A DNA stretch of 59,935 nucleotides from Candidatus Parcubacteria bacterium (GTDB taxonomy: Bacteria; Patescibacteriota; Minisyncoccia; Phycocordibacterales; UBA918), in NCBI GenBank assembly GCA_021731405.1, contig JAKFXN010000006.1:1-59935 (forward strand), given 5' to 3'. Within the stretch, counting starts at the first letter, position 1; each line of letters begins with the position of its first letter. Position numbers and translations under genes: made by a program. This document shows, one piece after another, positions 17,360 through 26,396 of the stretch. The notes under the pieces are model-generated. The model saw only the letters and a list, made by a program, of their open reading frames with translations. It did not search any database and was not told the origin of the DNA.

Positions 17360-17815
17360 TTAGCTATGATACAACACAATTCCAGCTGCTACTGAAACGT
17401 TTAGTGACTCTTTTTTACCCCGCATCGGAATTTCTAAAATACTATCAACCTGTTCAAGTATTTCGGGAGGCAACCCTTCCGTCTCGCTACCCATGATATA
17501 AGCCACTGATTCAGGAACAATAAAGTCACCAAGTGGGACCGCGGTTTCCGCTTGCTCTACTGCCACCACACACACCCCTTCTGTTTGGAGTTTTTTAATC
17601 AAACCTAAAATATCTTCAACTTTTTCCCAAGGAATTTCAAGCTCTGCTCCCAAGGCAGTTTTATGTATCTCAAGAACTGGGCGTCCAAAGCGATCAATTG
17701 GACTTGGGGTAACGCCGACGAGAAAAAGCTTTGAGACACCAGCTCCGTCGGCTGTTCTAAACATCGCGCCAACGTTATAGTGACTGCGCACATTGTGTAA
17801 GATGAGCTGCTTCAT
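17360..17815 (-). CDS. TrmH/SpoU-family RNA 2'-O-methyltransferase
   Basis: LHNVRSHYNVGAMFRTAD, MGSETEGL, ESLNVSVAAG; start moved to MKQL (17815). Confidence 0.92.
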   Translation of the reverse strand: MKQLILHNVRSHYNVGAMFRTADGAGVSKLFLVGVTPSPIDRFGRPVLEIHKTALGAELEIPWEKVEDILGLIKKLQTEGVCVVAVEQAETAVPLGDFIVPESVAYIMGSETEGLPPEILEQVDSILEIPMRGKKESLNVSVAAGIVLYHS

Positions 17816-17839
17816 GCGTGTTACACTACCAGAGAATGT

Positions 17840-18238
17840 ATGTTGAATCCATTTCCCATCCAATTTCTTGCTCTCCTTGCCCACCTTCTCCTACGGGTTA
17901 CAGCTGGGGTAACCCTCCTTATTTTAGGTGTTCGACACTTCAAAAATAGGGAGTCACTGTACCCCGTACTTACTCTTCCGCTCTTTCCGTTTGGAAAAAT
18001 CACCACTATCCTTTTTATCTGCTGCGAACTTTTGATCGGAACCTTCTTTATTCTTGGTCTCCATACCCAAATCGCAGCTCTAGTGCTTATGGCAATGTCT
18101 CTAAAAATGCTTTTCCTCCGCAAACGCTTTTCTCACCCCACCCTTCCTGGTAGATTGTTTTATCTCCTTCTTTTAGGTATCAGTTGTTCACTTTTCATTA
18201 CTGGAGCTGGCGCCCTCGCGTTTGATTTGCCCTTATAA
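17840..18238 (+). CDS. DoxX family membrane protein
   Basis: LLLRVTAG, ELLIGTFFILGLHTQIAA, GAGALAFD. Confidence 0.8.
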   Translation: MLNPFPIQFLALLAHLLLRVTAGVTLLILGVRHFKNRESLYPVLTLPLFPFGKITTILFICCELLIGTFFILGLHTQIAALVLMAMSLKMLFLRKRFSHPTLPGRLFYLLLLGISCSLFITGAGALAFDLPL

Positions 18239-18316
18239 TGATGGTATATTGCCACGACTTCGCTAAGGGTAGACAATGTCCACACACAGTCTGCCCTTCT
18301 TAACGAAGATACACAT

Positions 18317-18389
18317 GCGCCTATAGCTCAGCCGGTAGAGCAGCTCCCTTTTAAGGAGAAGGTCCCAGGTTCGATCCCTGGTGGGCGCA
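18317..18389 (+). tRNA. tRNA-Lys (anticodon TTT), CCA not encoded
   Basis: Cloverleaf: GCGCCTA/TGGGCGC acceptor, GCTC/GAGC D-stem, CT-TTT-AA loop, CCAGG-TTCGATC-CCTGG T-arm. Confidence 0.97.
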
Positions 18390-18441
18390 CAAATAAAAAC
18401 ACACCCATCAAGGGTGTGTTTTTATTTGTGCGCCCACCAGG
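18377..18441. repeat. 30-bp perfect inverted repeat that includes the tRNA 3' end (also a bidirectional terminator)
   Basis: 18377-18406 pairs with 18412-18441, 5-nt loop. Confidence 0.95.
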
Positions 18442-18637
18442 TGCAGCTTTTCGTTTAGAAAAGCGTGGCACGGATCGAAAAGCTTTTGAGGCAGAATTGA
18501 CTGGAAGGAAATTATGTCCAAAAGGTGTACTGCGCCTGTATGCAAAGCATCCTTGAACTGCATTCGCACCATAAACCTGAGCGAGCTCTGGTTTAGGTAC
18601 TCATTTGTTCAAGTAAGGCGAGATACCCCTGGTGGCT
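18428..18637 (-). ncRNA. Candidate ~210-nt structured RNA convergent on tRNA-Lys, ending in a copy of the tRNA 3' end
   Basis: Closing stem CCACCAGG/CCTGGTGG, multibranch junction, and a long hairpin with G-U and tandem G-A pairs that form on the minus strand. Confidence 0.5.
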
Positions 18638-18768
18638 AAAATACATAGCGAACTATTATAGTTAGTAACTCGTGACCACGTGCGCCCACATATGTACCTT
18701 ATCTTGCAAAACTATTAAATCTATTGCATAATCCAAACATCACGTTCTTTATATTATAGGAGCTCCTC

Positions 18769-19167
18769 ATGAAAGCTCGCCCTTTCACGCCTCCCCCAAA
18801 CGGACTCATTGCCTTTAACAATAACGGTTACCTCTGCTACGGAGTCTTTCTCGGTATTACGCCTGAGAATAGGATTAAGGTCTATACCCCTGATCAAGCT
18901 GTGCGCTTTGTGCAAATTAATATCAGTGACCAGAACGATTATGAATGCCATTTCCTTCCGTATGACTACCAAGAGCTTCGTCAAAAAGCCCGAAGCTGGT
19001 GGAAGGGTTTTGTTATTGAAGTAGCTGGTAAGCGCTATGTTGTAACCACAGCCCACCGGTCGCCTCCAAAATACAAAACGGTACTTGTTCACTATCGTGA
19101 CGAAAAAAATCTCAAGCGCAGCGTCCTACTTAAAGACCCGAAGCTCAAATTTGTTGGGCATGTCTGA
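18769..19167 (+). CDS. Hypothetical protein
   Basis: 132 aa, AGGAG SD upstream, terminator-like hairpin just downstream (about 19185-19215). Confidence 0.6.
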   Translation: MKARPFTPPPNGLIAFNNNGYLCYGVFLGITPENRIKVYTPDQAVRFVQINISDQNDYECHFLPYDYQELRQKARSWWKGFVIEVAGKRYVVTTAHRSPPKYKTVLVHYRDEKNLKRSVLLKDPKLKFVGHV

Positions 19168-19221
19168 GTCAGGAAGCTTCTGTCAAAAAAGTCGCGGACT
19201 TGTTCGCGGCTTTTTCCTTTT

Positions 19222-19923
19222 CTATAATGTCAGTACCCACTCCTCAAGGGCGATATCCAAATCACGCTTCCCTTTATGTCCGTCATGATACAGCTTTAGC
19301 AGCGTTCGGGATTTTTCCTCTACCAACTCCACCGGAAATACTCGTAACGCATTTTTGGCTTTCTTATATGGATACTCTTTCATTCCCGCTTCGCTGTACG
19401 TACGAGTGGCGGCTGCCAAACGAATGGATTTAAGCTGCCACCACAAGGTCCCAATTATTTCTTCTGCTGAAAGATTATTTTCTTTTGCTGTTTGCAGTAA
19501 AAGCCAGAGCGAACGCTTGTCTTTGGTGGCCAGTGCGTCAGCCATAACAAAGGGATTAAAAGATTCCCCGGCTTTCTTTTTATATTCTTCGATAACAGCG
19601 GCGTGTTTGCTAATACTTTTTTTGTCAGCCGCTGAAAGAGCCTGCTCAATCACAATAAAAATATGCTCTGAGGCTGAAAGCGCATCAGCGTTATCTAAGA
19701 AATCTATCTGAAACTCTTCATGTAAAGATGGTGACTCCAGTAAGTAGACCGAGCGTGGACTAAAAAGAGACATCCCGCCACTCAAGGAAGTAAGGAGTCC
19801 CGACTCATACCCTTCAGCCTCAATCCGGACAAAAGTTTCTGCAGCAAGAAGCACCTCATCTAATGCCGCGTGTGCTTGCTGCCTAACTTTTATTTGATCG
19901 GTTCCGTAAAATACCCTGAGCAT
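19222..19923 (-). CDS. holA: DNA polymerase III delta subunit-like (short)
   Basis: SLFS, FVMADALATKD, EEIIGTLWWQ, KGKRDLDIALEEWVL; downstream of polA. Confidence 0.7.
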   Translation of the reverse strand: MLRVFYGTDQIKVRQQAHAALDEVLLAAETFVRIEAEGYESGLLTSLSGGMSLFSPRSVYLLESPSLHEEFQIDFLDNADALSASEHIFIVIEQALSAADKKSISKHAAVIEEYKKKAGESFNPFVMADALATKDKRSLWLLLQTAKENNLSAEEIIGTLWWQLKSIRLAAATRTYSEAGMKEYPYKKAKNALRVFPVELVEEKSRTLLKLYHDGHKGKRDLDIALEEWVLTL

Positions 19924-19925
19924 AG

Positions 19926-22313
19926 TTATTTTCTATCAGTTAAATCTGCCCAGTTTGGTCCGACAGCCACATCTACTTTGATTGGCACTCCGTAGGTTTC
20001 TTTTTTCTCGAGCACTCCTTCCATCAACTTTACTAGGACAGGAATTTCTTTTTCCAATACTTCATTTTTGATTTCAAATACGAGCTCGTCGTGCACCTGC
20101 AATAGCATTCGTGCATCCATCAGTTTGTTGTTTGTCTTGAGATACTGATAGACCTCATTCATAGCTACGCGCATCACATCTGCCGCTGTTCCTTGAATCG
20201 GAGCATTGATAGCCATTCGTTCGGCCTGCGCTTTAATAAATGGCGCACCAGACTTAATGCCTGGAAAATGTCGGCGTCGCCCAAACAGTGTTTCGGTATA
20301 GCCAGTATCGCGAGCAAACTGTTTCGTCTCTTCGAGATATTCAGCCAAACGCGTAAAGGTATTGAAGTAGGCATTCAAAAACGACTGTGCTTCTTCTCGA
20401 CTCGTTTCGGGGCCGAGATTGCTGCGAAGTGCGTTTACTCCCATACCATACAGAATACCGAAGTTAATTACCTTAGCTTTGCGTCGCATTTCACTAGTCA
20501 CCTCTTCTGGAGTTACTCCAAAGACCCGTACCGCAACTCCCGTATGCACATCTTCACCACGGTTAAAGATTTCAATCATCTTTTCATCTTTAGATATAAT
20601 CGCAGCGATGCGCAGTTCAATTTGTGAATAGTCGATACCGACCATCGTGTAGCCAGTATCGGCTACAAAGGCACGGCGGATAGCCTTACTTTCTTCTGTC
20701 CGCACGGGAATGTTTTGCAGGTTTGGATCACGCGAACCCATTCGTCCAGTCGTGGTACCGGTCTGCAAAAAAGTAGTTCTGATTCTACCGTCGCTGCTTA
20801 CCTGCTCTGGTAAGGTGTCGGCGTAGGTGGACACCAACTTTTGTAATTCACGGTAACGCAAAATGGTTGGAATAATTTCGTGTTCTTCCGCTAATTTTTC
20901 GAGTTCAGATTCTTTGGTTGAGCGCTGCCCACCTGCGGTCTTCTTTTGGTTTTTTGGCTTAAGTCCGAGCGTATCAAACAACACCACCCCGAGCTGTTTC
21001 GGTGAATTGATATTAAATTCTGAACCTGCCTGAGTGTAAATTTTTGTGCGGAGTAGCTCTAGTTCAGCGTGCATGGTCTTGGCCAACTTTTTTAGGTACG
21101 TTACATCAAGTTTGATACCAGTGGCGTTAATGTTCGTGATTACTTCTTGTAACGGCGCTTCAATATCTTCATACACCGCCCTAAGTCCAGGCTCAGCTTT
21201 TACTTTTTCTTCAAGCTGTTTTTTTATTTCAGCAAAACTAGCGGTGCCAAGATACGCTTTTCCAAAATCAACAATTTCTTCATAGGTGGCATTGGTACGT
21301 TCGCTTTCAAGCAGCCACAGCAGGATGCCCACTGTGTCCACCTCCGCTTGCGGCATCGGTGGAAGAGCGGCCTCAGCAGCCACTTCAAGTGAGAGGTTGA
21401 GCGCTGAGCGCATTCTATTACCTAAAGTTCTAAATCCTAGCTCACTAAAAAGCGTTACTACTCTTTCTACATCAGCTCCGTCTTGCCACTCTTTTTCAGG
21501 AAGCGTAAAAGTTACCGGGGCATCAATACGGATAGTAGCGAGCATTTTTGAAAACTGCGCCTCTTCTTCCCCTTCTTTAAGGAGATTTATAATTCTCGGC
21601 TTAATGCCAGCATCCAAAAACTTCTGCTCGTCTTTTTTGAGTTTTTTATAAATAGTATCGATATCACCAAACTTGGTGATAAGCTCAGTGGCGGTTTTTT
21701 CTCCAATGCCAACAATACCTGGGATATTGTCTGAGGTATCGCCACGCAGCCCTTTGTAGTCAGGAACAAGTTTTGGTAAAAAACCGTATCTCACCTTTAC
21801 GGCTGCTTCGTCATATAAAATAGTGTCGTTAATTCCTTTTTTAAGGGTATATACCTGCACTCGCTTTCCGTCCACACACTGCATTGTGTCCATGTCGCCA
21901 GACGCAATAACAATCTCAAGGTCCGGCATAGTTTTTGTCTGATGAGCGATAGTGCCTAAAAGGTCGTCAGCTTCAAAACCGACTTGTTCATAAATTGGAA
22001 TCCCGAACGCCGCAAAAATATCACGCGACCGAATAATTTGTGTAATGAGTGAGTCATCTGTTTTTTCACGTTTGGCTTTGTAGCCCGCAAACGCGTCGTG
22101 GCGATAGGTTGGTTCTGGCAAGTCAAAACAAGCAACTATGTAGTCAGGATGAAAATCCTCAACAATCTTTAAGATCATACTTACCACTCCATAGAGTGCG
22201 CCAGTTGGTTCGCCACTGGGTGCAGAAAAATCTGGGAGGGCGTGGTACGCACGGTGCAAAATAGCGTGCGCATCAAGAAGGATAAGACGTTTTTTAGTTT
22301 TTTTAGGGATCAC
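19926..22313 (-). CDS. polA: DNA polymerase I (5' nuclease + polymerase; proofreading domain apparently absent)
   Basis: LLDAHAILHRAYHA, GFEADD, GDTSDNIPG, DYSQIELR, AKVINFGILYG, QVHDEL; GTG start at 22313 with TATACT 6 nt upstream. Confidence 0.96.
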   Translation of the reverse strand: MIPKKTKKRLILLDAHAILHRAYHALPDFSAPSGEPTGALYGVVSMILKIVEDFHPDYIVACFDLPEPTYRHDAFAGYKAKREKTDDSLITQIIRSRDIFAAFGIPIYEQVGFEADDLLGTIAHQTKTMPDLEIVIASGDMDTMQCVDGKRVQVYTLKKGINDTILYDEAAVKVRYGFLPKLVPDYKGLRGDTSDNIPGIVGIGEKTATELITKFGDIDTIYKKLKKDEQKFLDAGIKPRIINLLKEGEEEAQFSKMLATIRIDAPVTFTLPEKEWQDGADVERVVTLFSELGFRTLGNRMRSALNLSLEVAAEAALPPMPQAEVDTVGILLWLLESERTNATYEEIVDFGKAYLGTASFAEIKKQLEEKVKAEPGLRAVYEDIEAPLQEVITNINATGIKLDVTYLKKLAKTMHAELELLRTKIYTQAGSEFNINSPKQLGVVLFDTLGLKPKNQKKTAGGQRSTKESELEKLAEEHEIIPTILRYRELQKLVSTYADTLPEQVSSDGRIRTTFLQTGTTTGRMGSRDPNLQNIPVRTEESKAIRRAFVADTGYTMVGIDYSQIELRIAAIISKDEKMIEIFNRGEDVHTGVAVRVFGVTPEEVTSEMRRKAKVINFGILYGMGVNALRSNLGPETSREEAQSFLNAYFNTFTRLAEYLEETKQFARDTGYTETLFGRRRHFPGIKSGAPFIKAQAERMAINAPIQGTAADVMRVAMNEVYQYLKTNNKLMDARMLLQVHDELVFEIKNEVLEKEIPVLVKLMEGVLEKKETYGVPIKVDVAVGPNWADLTDRK

Positions 22314-22356
22314 CTCCCTAGTATACTTTTTTTTATCTAGAATCGCACTAAGAGGC

Positions 22357-22815
22357 TTACTCAAGCCCCGCGACCGTAATCTGGCGTTCTTCACCTGTGG
22401 TTTTTATATATAAAGTAACTATATCTGTTGGGAGCGCTGCAGCAATTTTTTCTGCCCATTCAATACAAAAAAGAGTTCCTTCGGCAGAAAATATATTGTT
22501 AAGATGCAAAGGTCGAAGTTCGTCTAGTGTTTCAATTCGATAGGCATCCATATGCACCAATCGGCTGAAGGTAGTGTCTTTTGTCTCGTAGGCCTTCATG
22601 ATGGTAAAAGTAGGACTGGTTACCACTTCATCCACACCAAGGTTTTTAGCCAAAAGCTGTACAAGTGTAGTTTTTCCTGCACCTAAGTCACCAGAAAGAG
22701 CTAATATCAATGCACCGTTCACGGCTGAACTCTTGGTACGTAGGTTCGCAGTTAAAATGTCCGCAAACGCCACGAGTTCAGTTAGGGTATTGATAGTTGT
22801 TATGTAATTCATCAT
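22357..22815 (-). CDS. tsaE: tRNA threonylcarbamoyladenosine biosynthesis ATPase TsaE
   Basis: LSGDLGAGKTT, VTSPTFTI, HMDAYR, IEWAE. Confidence 0.95.
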   Translation of the reverse strand: MMNYITTINTLTELVAFADILTANLRTKSSAVNGALILALSGDLGAGKTTLVQLLAKNLGVDEVVTSPTFTIMKAYETKDTTFSRLVHMDAYRIETLDELRPLHLNNIFSAEGTLFCIEWAEKIAAALPTDIVTLYIKTTGEERQITVAGLE

Positions 22816-22836
22816 ATCTCTATAGTACAGAAGTAT

Positions 22837-22876
22837 AAAAGAAAATCAGCCACTAGTGTAGAACTAGCAGCTGATT
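22837..22876 (-). terminator. Terminator of the 65-aa gene
   Basis: AATCAGC-TG-CTAG/CTAG-TG-GCTGATT stem with G-U pairs, followed by TTCTTTT on the minus strand. Confidence 0.65.
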
Positions 22877-22897
22877 GAGTGTGGGAAGGGAACATCA

Positions 22898-23095
22898 TCA
22901 GGTCTGGCACCCCTTTTCGCGCAGCAGGCGTTTTTCAGTGCGCTCGCTGAGGCCTTGTTTTTCGGCGTCGAGCGAAATCTGCTTGCAACGCTGCACTTTG
23001 TCCATGGACAAACCTGTGAGGATCAAACCAGCACAGCCAGAGTTGAGGAGCATTGCTGCCCCAAGTGAAACAGAGAGAAGGATTCGGCGATTCAT
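22898..23095 (-). CDS. Small exported peptide / putative lipoprotein (65 aa)
   Basis: MNRRILLSVSLGAAMLLNSGC signal-like N-terminus, GGAGA SD, own terminator. Confidence 0.6.
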   Translation of the reverse strand: MNRRILLSVSLGAAMLLNSGCAGLILTGLSMDKVQRCKQISLDAEKQGLSERTEKRLLREKGCQT

Positions 23096-23222
23096 CGCGA
23101 TTCTCCAAAAGAGGGTTTAACAAGGGACAGGACCAAAATTACTATACCTAACAACCGCAAAAAAGCAATAGTGTCCCCTTATGGCGTAATCAGTAGCAGT
23201 AATACTGCGTGTTATACTTTTT

Positions 23223-24962
23223 ATGAATATGGTTCAATTTAATGATAAAGCCACCAATACGAGAATCGACGACTTGCGTCGGGAGGAGGAGGAAAAACTC
23301 GTTCAAGCCCTCGCTCCTCAGTATGGTTTTGAATATATAAATCTCCGTGGATACACCATCAATCCAGAAGGCCTTGGTATTTTGCCCGAAAGTAAAGCAC
23401 GAGCTGCGCGCGCGGTAGTGTTTGATGTTACACACAACCTTATCTCAGTCGCTGTCCAACAACCCAACAACCCTACTACTCACCAAATACTTGAGTCCCT
23501 ACAAAACGACCGTCAGGCTATAAAGCTCTATATGTGTTCCACTGGTAGCCTAGAGCATGCTTGGAAGCGCTACGCAGACATCGTGAGTTCTACTGCTGAA
23601 AAGAAGGGGGTGTTTGATATTGATGCCAATGAAGTTAGAAACTTTGCTGACCTCATCAAAAAGAAAGAGGACGTCACCGCCTTGATGCAAAAAATTGGTA
23701 CCGTCAATAACTCACGTCGGATCACTGAGACTCTTGAGCTTATGCTCGCGGGGGCACTCGGACTCCGCGCGTCTGACATCCACATTGAGCCGGAACAAAC
23801 AGTTGTCCGAATGCGCTACCGACTTGATGGGGTGCTCCATGACATTTTTGATATCGATCGGTATATCTATGAGCGTTTAATGTCACGACTCAAACTTCTC
23901 TCTGGTATGACCCTCAATAAGCGACAAGAAGCACAGGATGGTCGGTTCACCTTTGAAGTGGCTGACCAAGAGATTGATGTTCGTTCTTCAATTATCCCTG
24001 GTGCGGCTGGAGAGTCGATGGTGATGCGTCTTTTGGATTCGGGAGTAGCTGGATACACACTTGATAAAATAAGCCTCAACGACCGTTTACGTGAAGTGAT
24101 GGCTACAGAACTTAAAAAACCAAACGGACTCATTATCACCACTGGCCCAACCGGTTCAGGAAAAACAACTGCGCTCTATGCCTTTTTGCGTGCCACCCAC
24201 ACTGAAGGGGTGAAAATTATTACCATTGAAAATCCGGTTGAGTATAAAATTGAAGGCATCGTCCAGACACAGACCGGCGACGACTACACCTTCTCTTCTG
24301 GACTGCGCGCAATTTTACGTCAGGACCCTGACGTTATTATGGTGGGAGAAATCCGCGACCGCGAAGTAGCTGAGACCGCTATCCACGCCGCCCAAACTGG
24401 TCACTTGGTATTTTCTACTCTGCACGCCAACAGTGCCGTCGCTGCTTTTACCAGACTTATGGACCTCGGCGTTGATCAGCGAGTACTCGGAAGTTCCATA
24501 AACGTCATTTTGGGACAGCGACTTGTTCGTAAATTATGTGACACTTGTAAAGAGGCGTACGTAGCTTCCGCTGAAGAGATTCGTATTATTTCAGATATTA
24601 TAAAAGATCATCCGAGCAAGCCGACTCTCGCCACTCCTCTTTCCCTCTACAAAGCAGTCGGTTGTAGTGTTTGTGGAGCTACTGGTTTTAAGGGACGAAT
24701 CGGAATCTTTGAAGCTATTTTAATGGACGAAGCGGTTGAGGAAGCTGTTCTCCGAGATCCGCGTGAACACATTATTCTTGAAGCGGCTGGCTCACAAAAC
24801 ATCCCAACCATGCTCGAAGACGGAATAGAAAAAGTCATGACGGGGGCAACTTCACTAGCTGAACTCGAACGTGTAATTGAAATCCCCCTCACCGTTGTAC
24901 AAAAAAACGAGCCAAAAGACCCGTCTGATACCGATGCCTTTCTTGCTCATGTAGTGAACTAA
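23223..24962 (+). CDS. pilB: PilB/GspE-family pilus assembly ATPase
   Basis: ASDIHIEP, QDGRF, GPTGSGKTT, ENPVEY, LRQDPDVIMVGEIRD, CxxC...CxxC Zn site. Confidence 0.9.
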   Translation: MNMVQFNDKATNTRIDDLRREEEEKLVQALAPQYGFEYINLRGYTINPEGLGILPESKARAARAVVFDVTHNLISVAVQQPNNPTTHQILESLQNDRQAIKLYMCSTGSLEHAWKRYADIVSSTAEKKGVFDIDANEVRNFADLIKKKEDVTALMQKIGTVNNSRRITETLELMLAGALGLRASDIHIEPEQTVVRMRYRLDGVLHDIFDIDRYIYERLMSRLKLLSGMTLNKRQEAQDGRFTFEVADQEIDVRSSIIPGAAGESMVMRLLDSGVAGYTLDKISLNDRLREVMATELKKPNGLIITTGPTGSGKTTALYAFLRATHTEGVKIITIENPVEYKIEGIVQTQTGDDYTFSSGLRAILRQDPDVIMVGEIRDREVAETAIHAAQTGHLVFSTLHANSAVAAFTRLMDLGVDQRVLGSSINVILGQRLVRKLCDTCKEAYVASAEEIRIISDIIKDHPSKPTLATPLSLYKAVGCSVCGATGFKGRIGIFEAILMDEAVEEAVLRDPREHIILEAAGSQNIPTMLEDGIEKVMTGATSLAELERVIEIPLTVVQKNEPKDPSDTDAFLAHVVN

Positions 24963-24980
24963 AGTTGAGCTTAGTCTCAG

Positions 24981-25017
24981 ATATAAAAAACAGCTCTGGT
25001 CAAGCTGTTTTTTATAT
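24981..25017. terminator. Bidirectional terminator
   Basis: 15-bp inverted repeat ATATAAAAAACAGCT/AGCTGTTTTTTATAT, 7-nt loop. Confidence 0.85.
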
Positions 25018-25255
25018 TGACTATGCTATAGTCGAAAAGTAATTAGTTCCTTTATAGGAGAGTTCCAGAATATAACTCTCTAAGCAAGCTTCCGCATTGA
25101 AAGTGAACACCGCGCTAAGGAAGTTTGCAGCACTTTCACTCAAGGTGAACGCCACAAACCCCTCGCAACGTGCTCAGGTTGCTTAGAGAGTTATGCTCTG
25201 GAAATGGTCAGAAAATGATCAGGGTGCCAAATGAGGCACAAGAGAACGCTATACA
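25018..25255 (-). ncRNA. Candidate ~240-270-nt non-coding RNA of unknown class
   Basis: Lies between a consensus promoter and a terminator with no ORF; 16+7-bp long stem 25063-87/25179-203 enclosing two hairpins. Confidence 0.6.
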
Positions 25256-25261
25256 ATTTCT

Positions 25262-25290
25262 ATATTAGCACAGATATAATTTTTTGTCAA
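25262..25290 (-). promoter_or_regulatory. Strong sigma70-like promoter pointing into the ORF-less region
   Basis: TTGACA (25290-85), 17 nt, TAATAT (25267-62) preceded by TG. Confidence 0.75.
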
Positions 25291-25381
25291 TACTATGCCC
25301 TTCTTTGGGGTTTTTTGTTGTCCGCCTAGCCTTTCTGGCCTAAGGCTACGCACCAAGCGTAAATTTGCTAGAATGAAGGGC

Positions 25382-26386
25382 ATGGAAAAAAATACTCAAC
25401 CGAGAACCTTCACCCGTGATGAAGGCGGAAACCTTGACCAAACCCTTCGTCCCCAGACCTGGGACGAATATATTGGCCAAACAAAAATAAAAGAGAATTT
25501 GCGTATTCTCCTTACTGCCGCCAAAGAACGCGGACACGCGGCTGAGCATATTCTTCTCTATGGTCCACCAGGGCTTGGAAAAACGACCCTTGCTCATCTT
25601 GTTGCCAAAACACTTGGTACAAACATGCGCACCACTTCTGGACCAGCGATAGAACGAGTCGGGGATCTGGCTGCTATTTTGACTAACCTCTCACCAGGAG
25701 ATGTCCTGTTCATCGACGAGATTCACCGCCTCTCAAAGAGCATTGAAGAGGTACTTTACCCTGCCATGGAATCAGGGGTGCTTGATATTATTATTGGAAA
25801 AGGTCCTTCTGCTCGGACGGTACAGCTCGACCTCCCTCCCTTTACCCTGGTCGCAGCCACTACCCGCATTTCAATGCTTTCAGCCCCACTTCGTTCACGT
25901 TTTTCAGGCGGTACCTTTAGACTGGATTTTTATGACGAAGAAGAAATTGCCACGATTCTTTCTCATTCAGCAGAAGTCTTGGGGGTAAGTACAACACGAG
26001 AAATCATGAGTAGTATTGCTGGCCGCTGCAGGGCCACGCCACGTACGGCAAACTACCTCCTCAAACGTTGCCGCGATATGGCACAACTTGAAGGTGGAGC
26101 ACTTACGCTTGAAGTAGTTCAAAAGACATTTGCCCTCCTTGAAATAGACAACCTTGGTCTCGGAAGACCAGACCGAAGTGTACTTGAAGCTATTTTATAT
26201 AAGTTTAGTGGCGGGCCAGTAGGCCTGAATACTATTGCAGCTGCCACTGGTGAAGAACAGGCCACTATTGAAGACGTGCTTGAACCATACCTCATTCGCC
26301 TTGGCCTTTTAGAGCGCACTCCCCGTGGACGAGTTACGAGCCCAAAAGCCATCACCCATATACAAGATTACGAACAGACAAAATAA
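25382..26386 (+). CDS. ruvB: Holliday junction helicase RuvB
   Basis: [38 protein letters not shown]; start moved to 25382 (TAGAAT 7 nt upstream). Confidence 0.97.
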   Translation: MEKNTQPRTFTRDEGGNLDQTLRPQTWDEYIGQTKIKENLRILLTAAKERGHAAEHILLYGPPGLGKTTLAHLVAKTLGTNMRTTSGPAIERVGDLAAILTNLSPGDVLFIDEIHRLSKSIEEVLYPAMESGVLDIIIGKGPSARTVQLDLPPFTLVAATTRISMLSAPLRSRFSGGTFRLDFYDEEEIATILSHSAEVLGVSTTREIMSSIAGRCRATPRTANYLLKRCRDMAQLEGGALTLEVVQKTFALLEIDNLGLGRPDRSVLEAILYKFSGGPVGLNTIAAATGEEQATIEDVLEPYLIRLGLLERTPRGRVTSPKAITHIQDYEQTK

Positions 26387-26396
26387 ACCCCTCACT

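Noticed and set aside
25040-25255. RNase P RNA on the + strand
   Set aside because: AGGAGAGTTCC (25056-66) and AGAAAATGATC (25210-20) resemble rnpB segments, but a canonical P4 helix cannot be formed, and promoter plus G-U evidence favours the minus strand. Still worth a cmsearch.
25295-25381. N-terminal extensions given by the ORF track (ruvB; likewise polA, trmH, and the ORFs starting at 36722, 38923, 42575 and 46917)
   Set aside because: Homology begins at downstream starts, most of which have a -10 box 6-7 nt upstream; the extensions are not protein-like.
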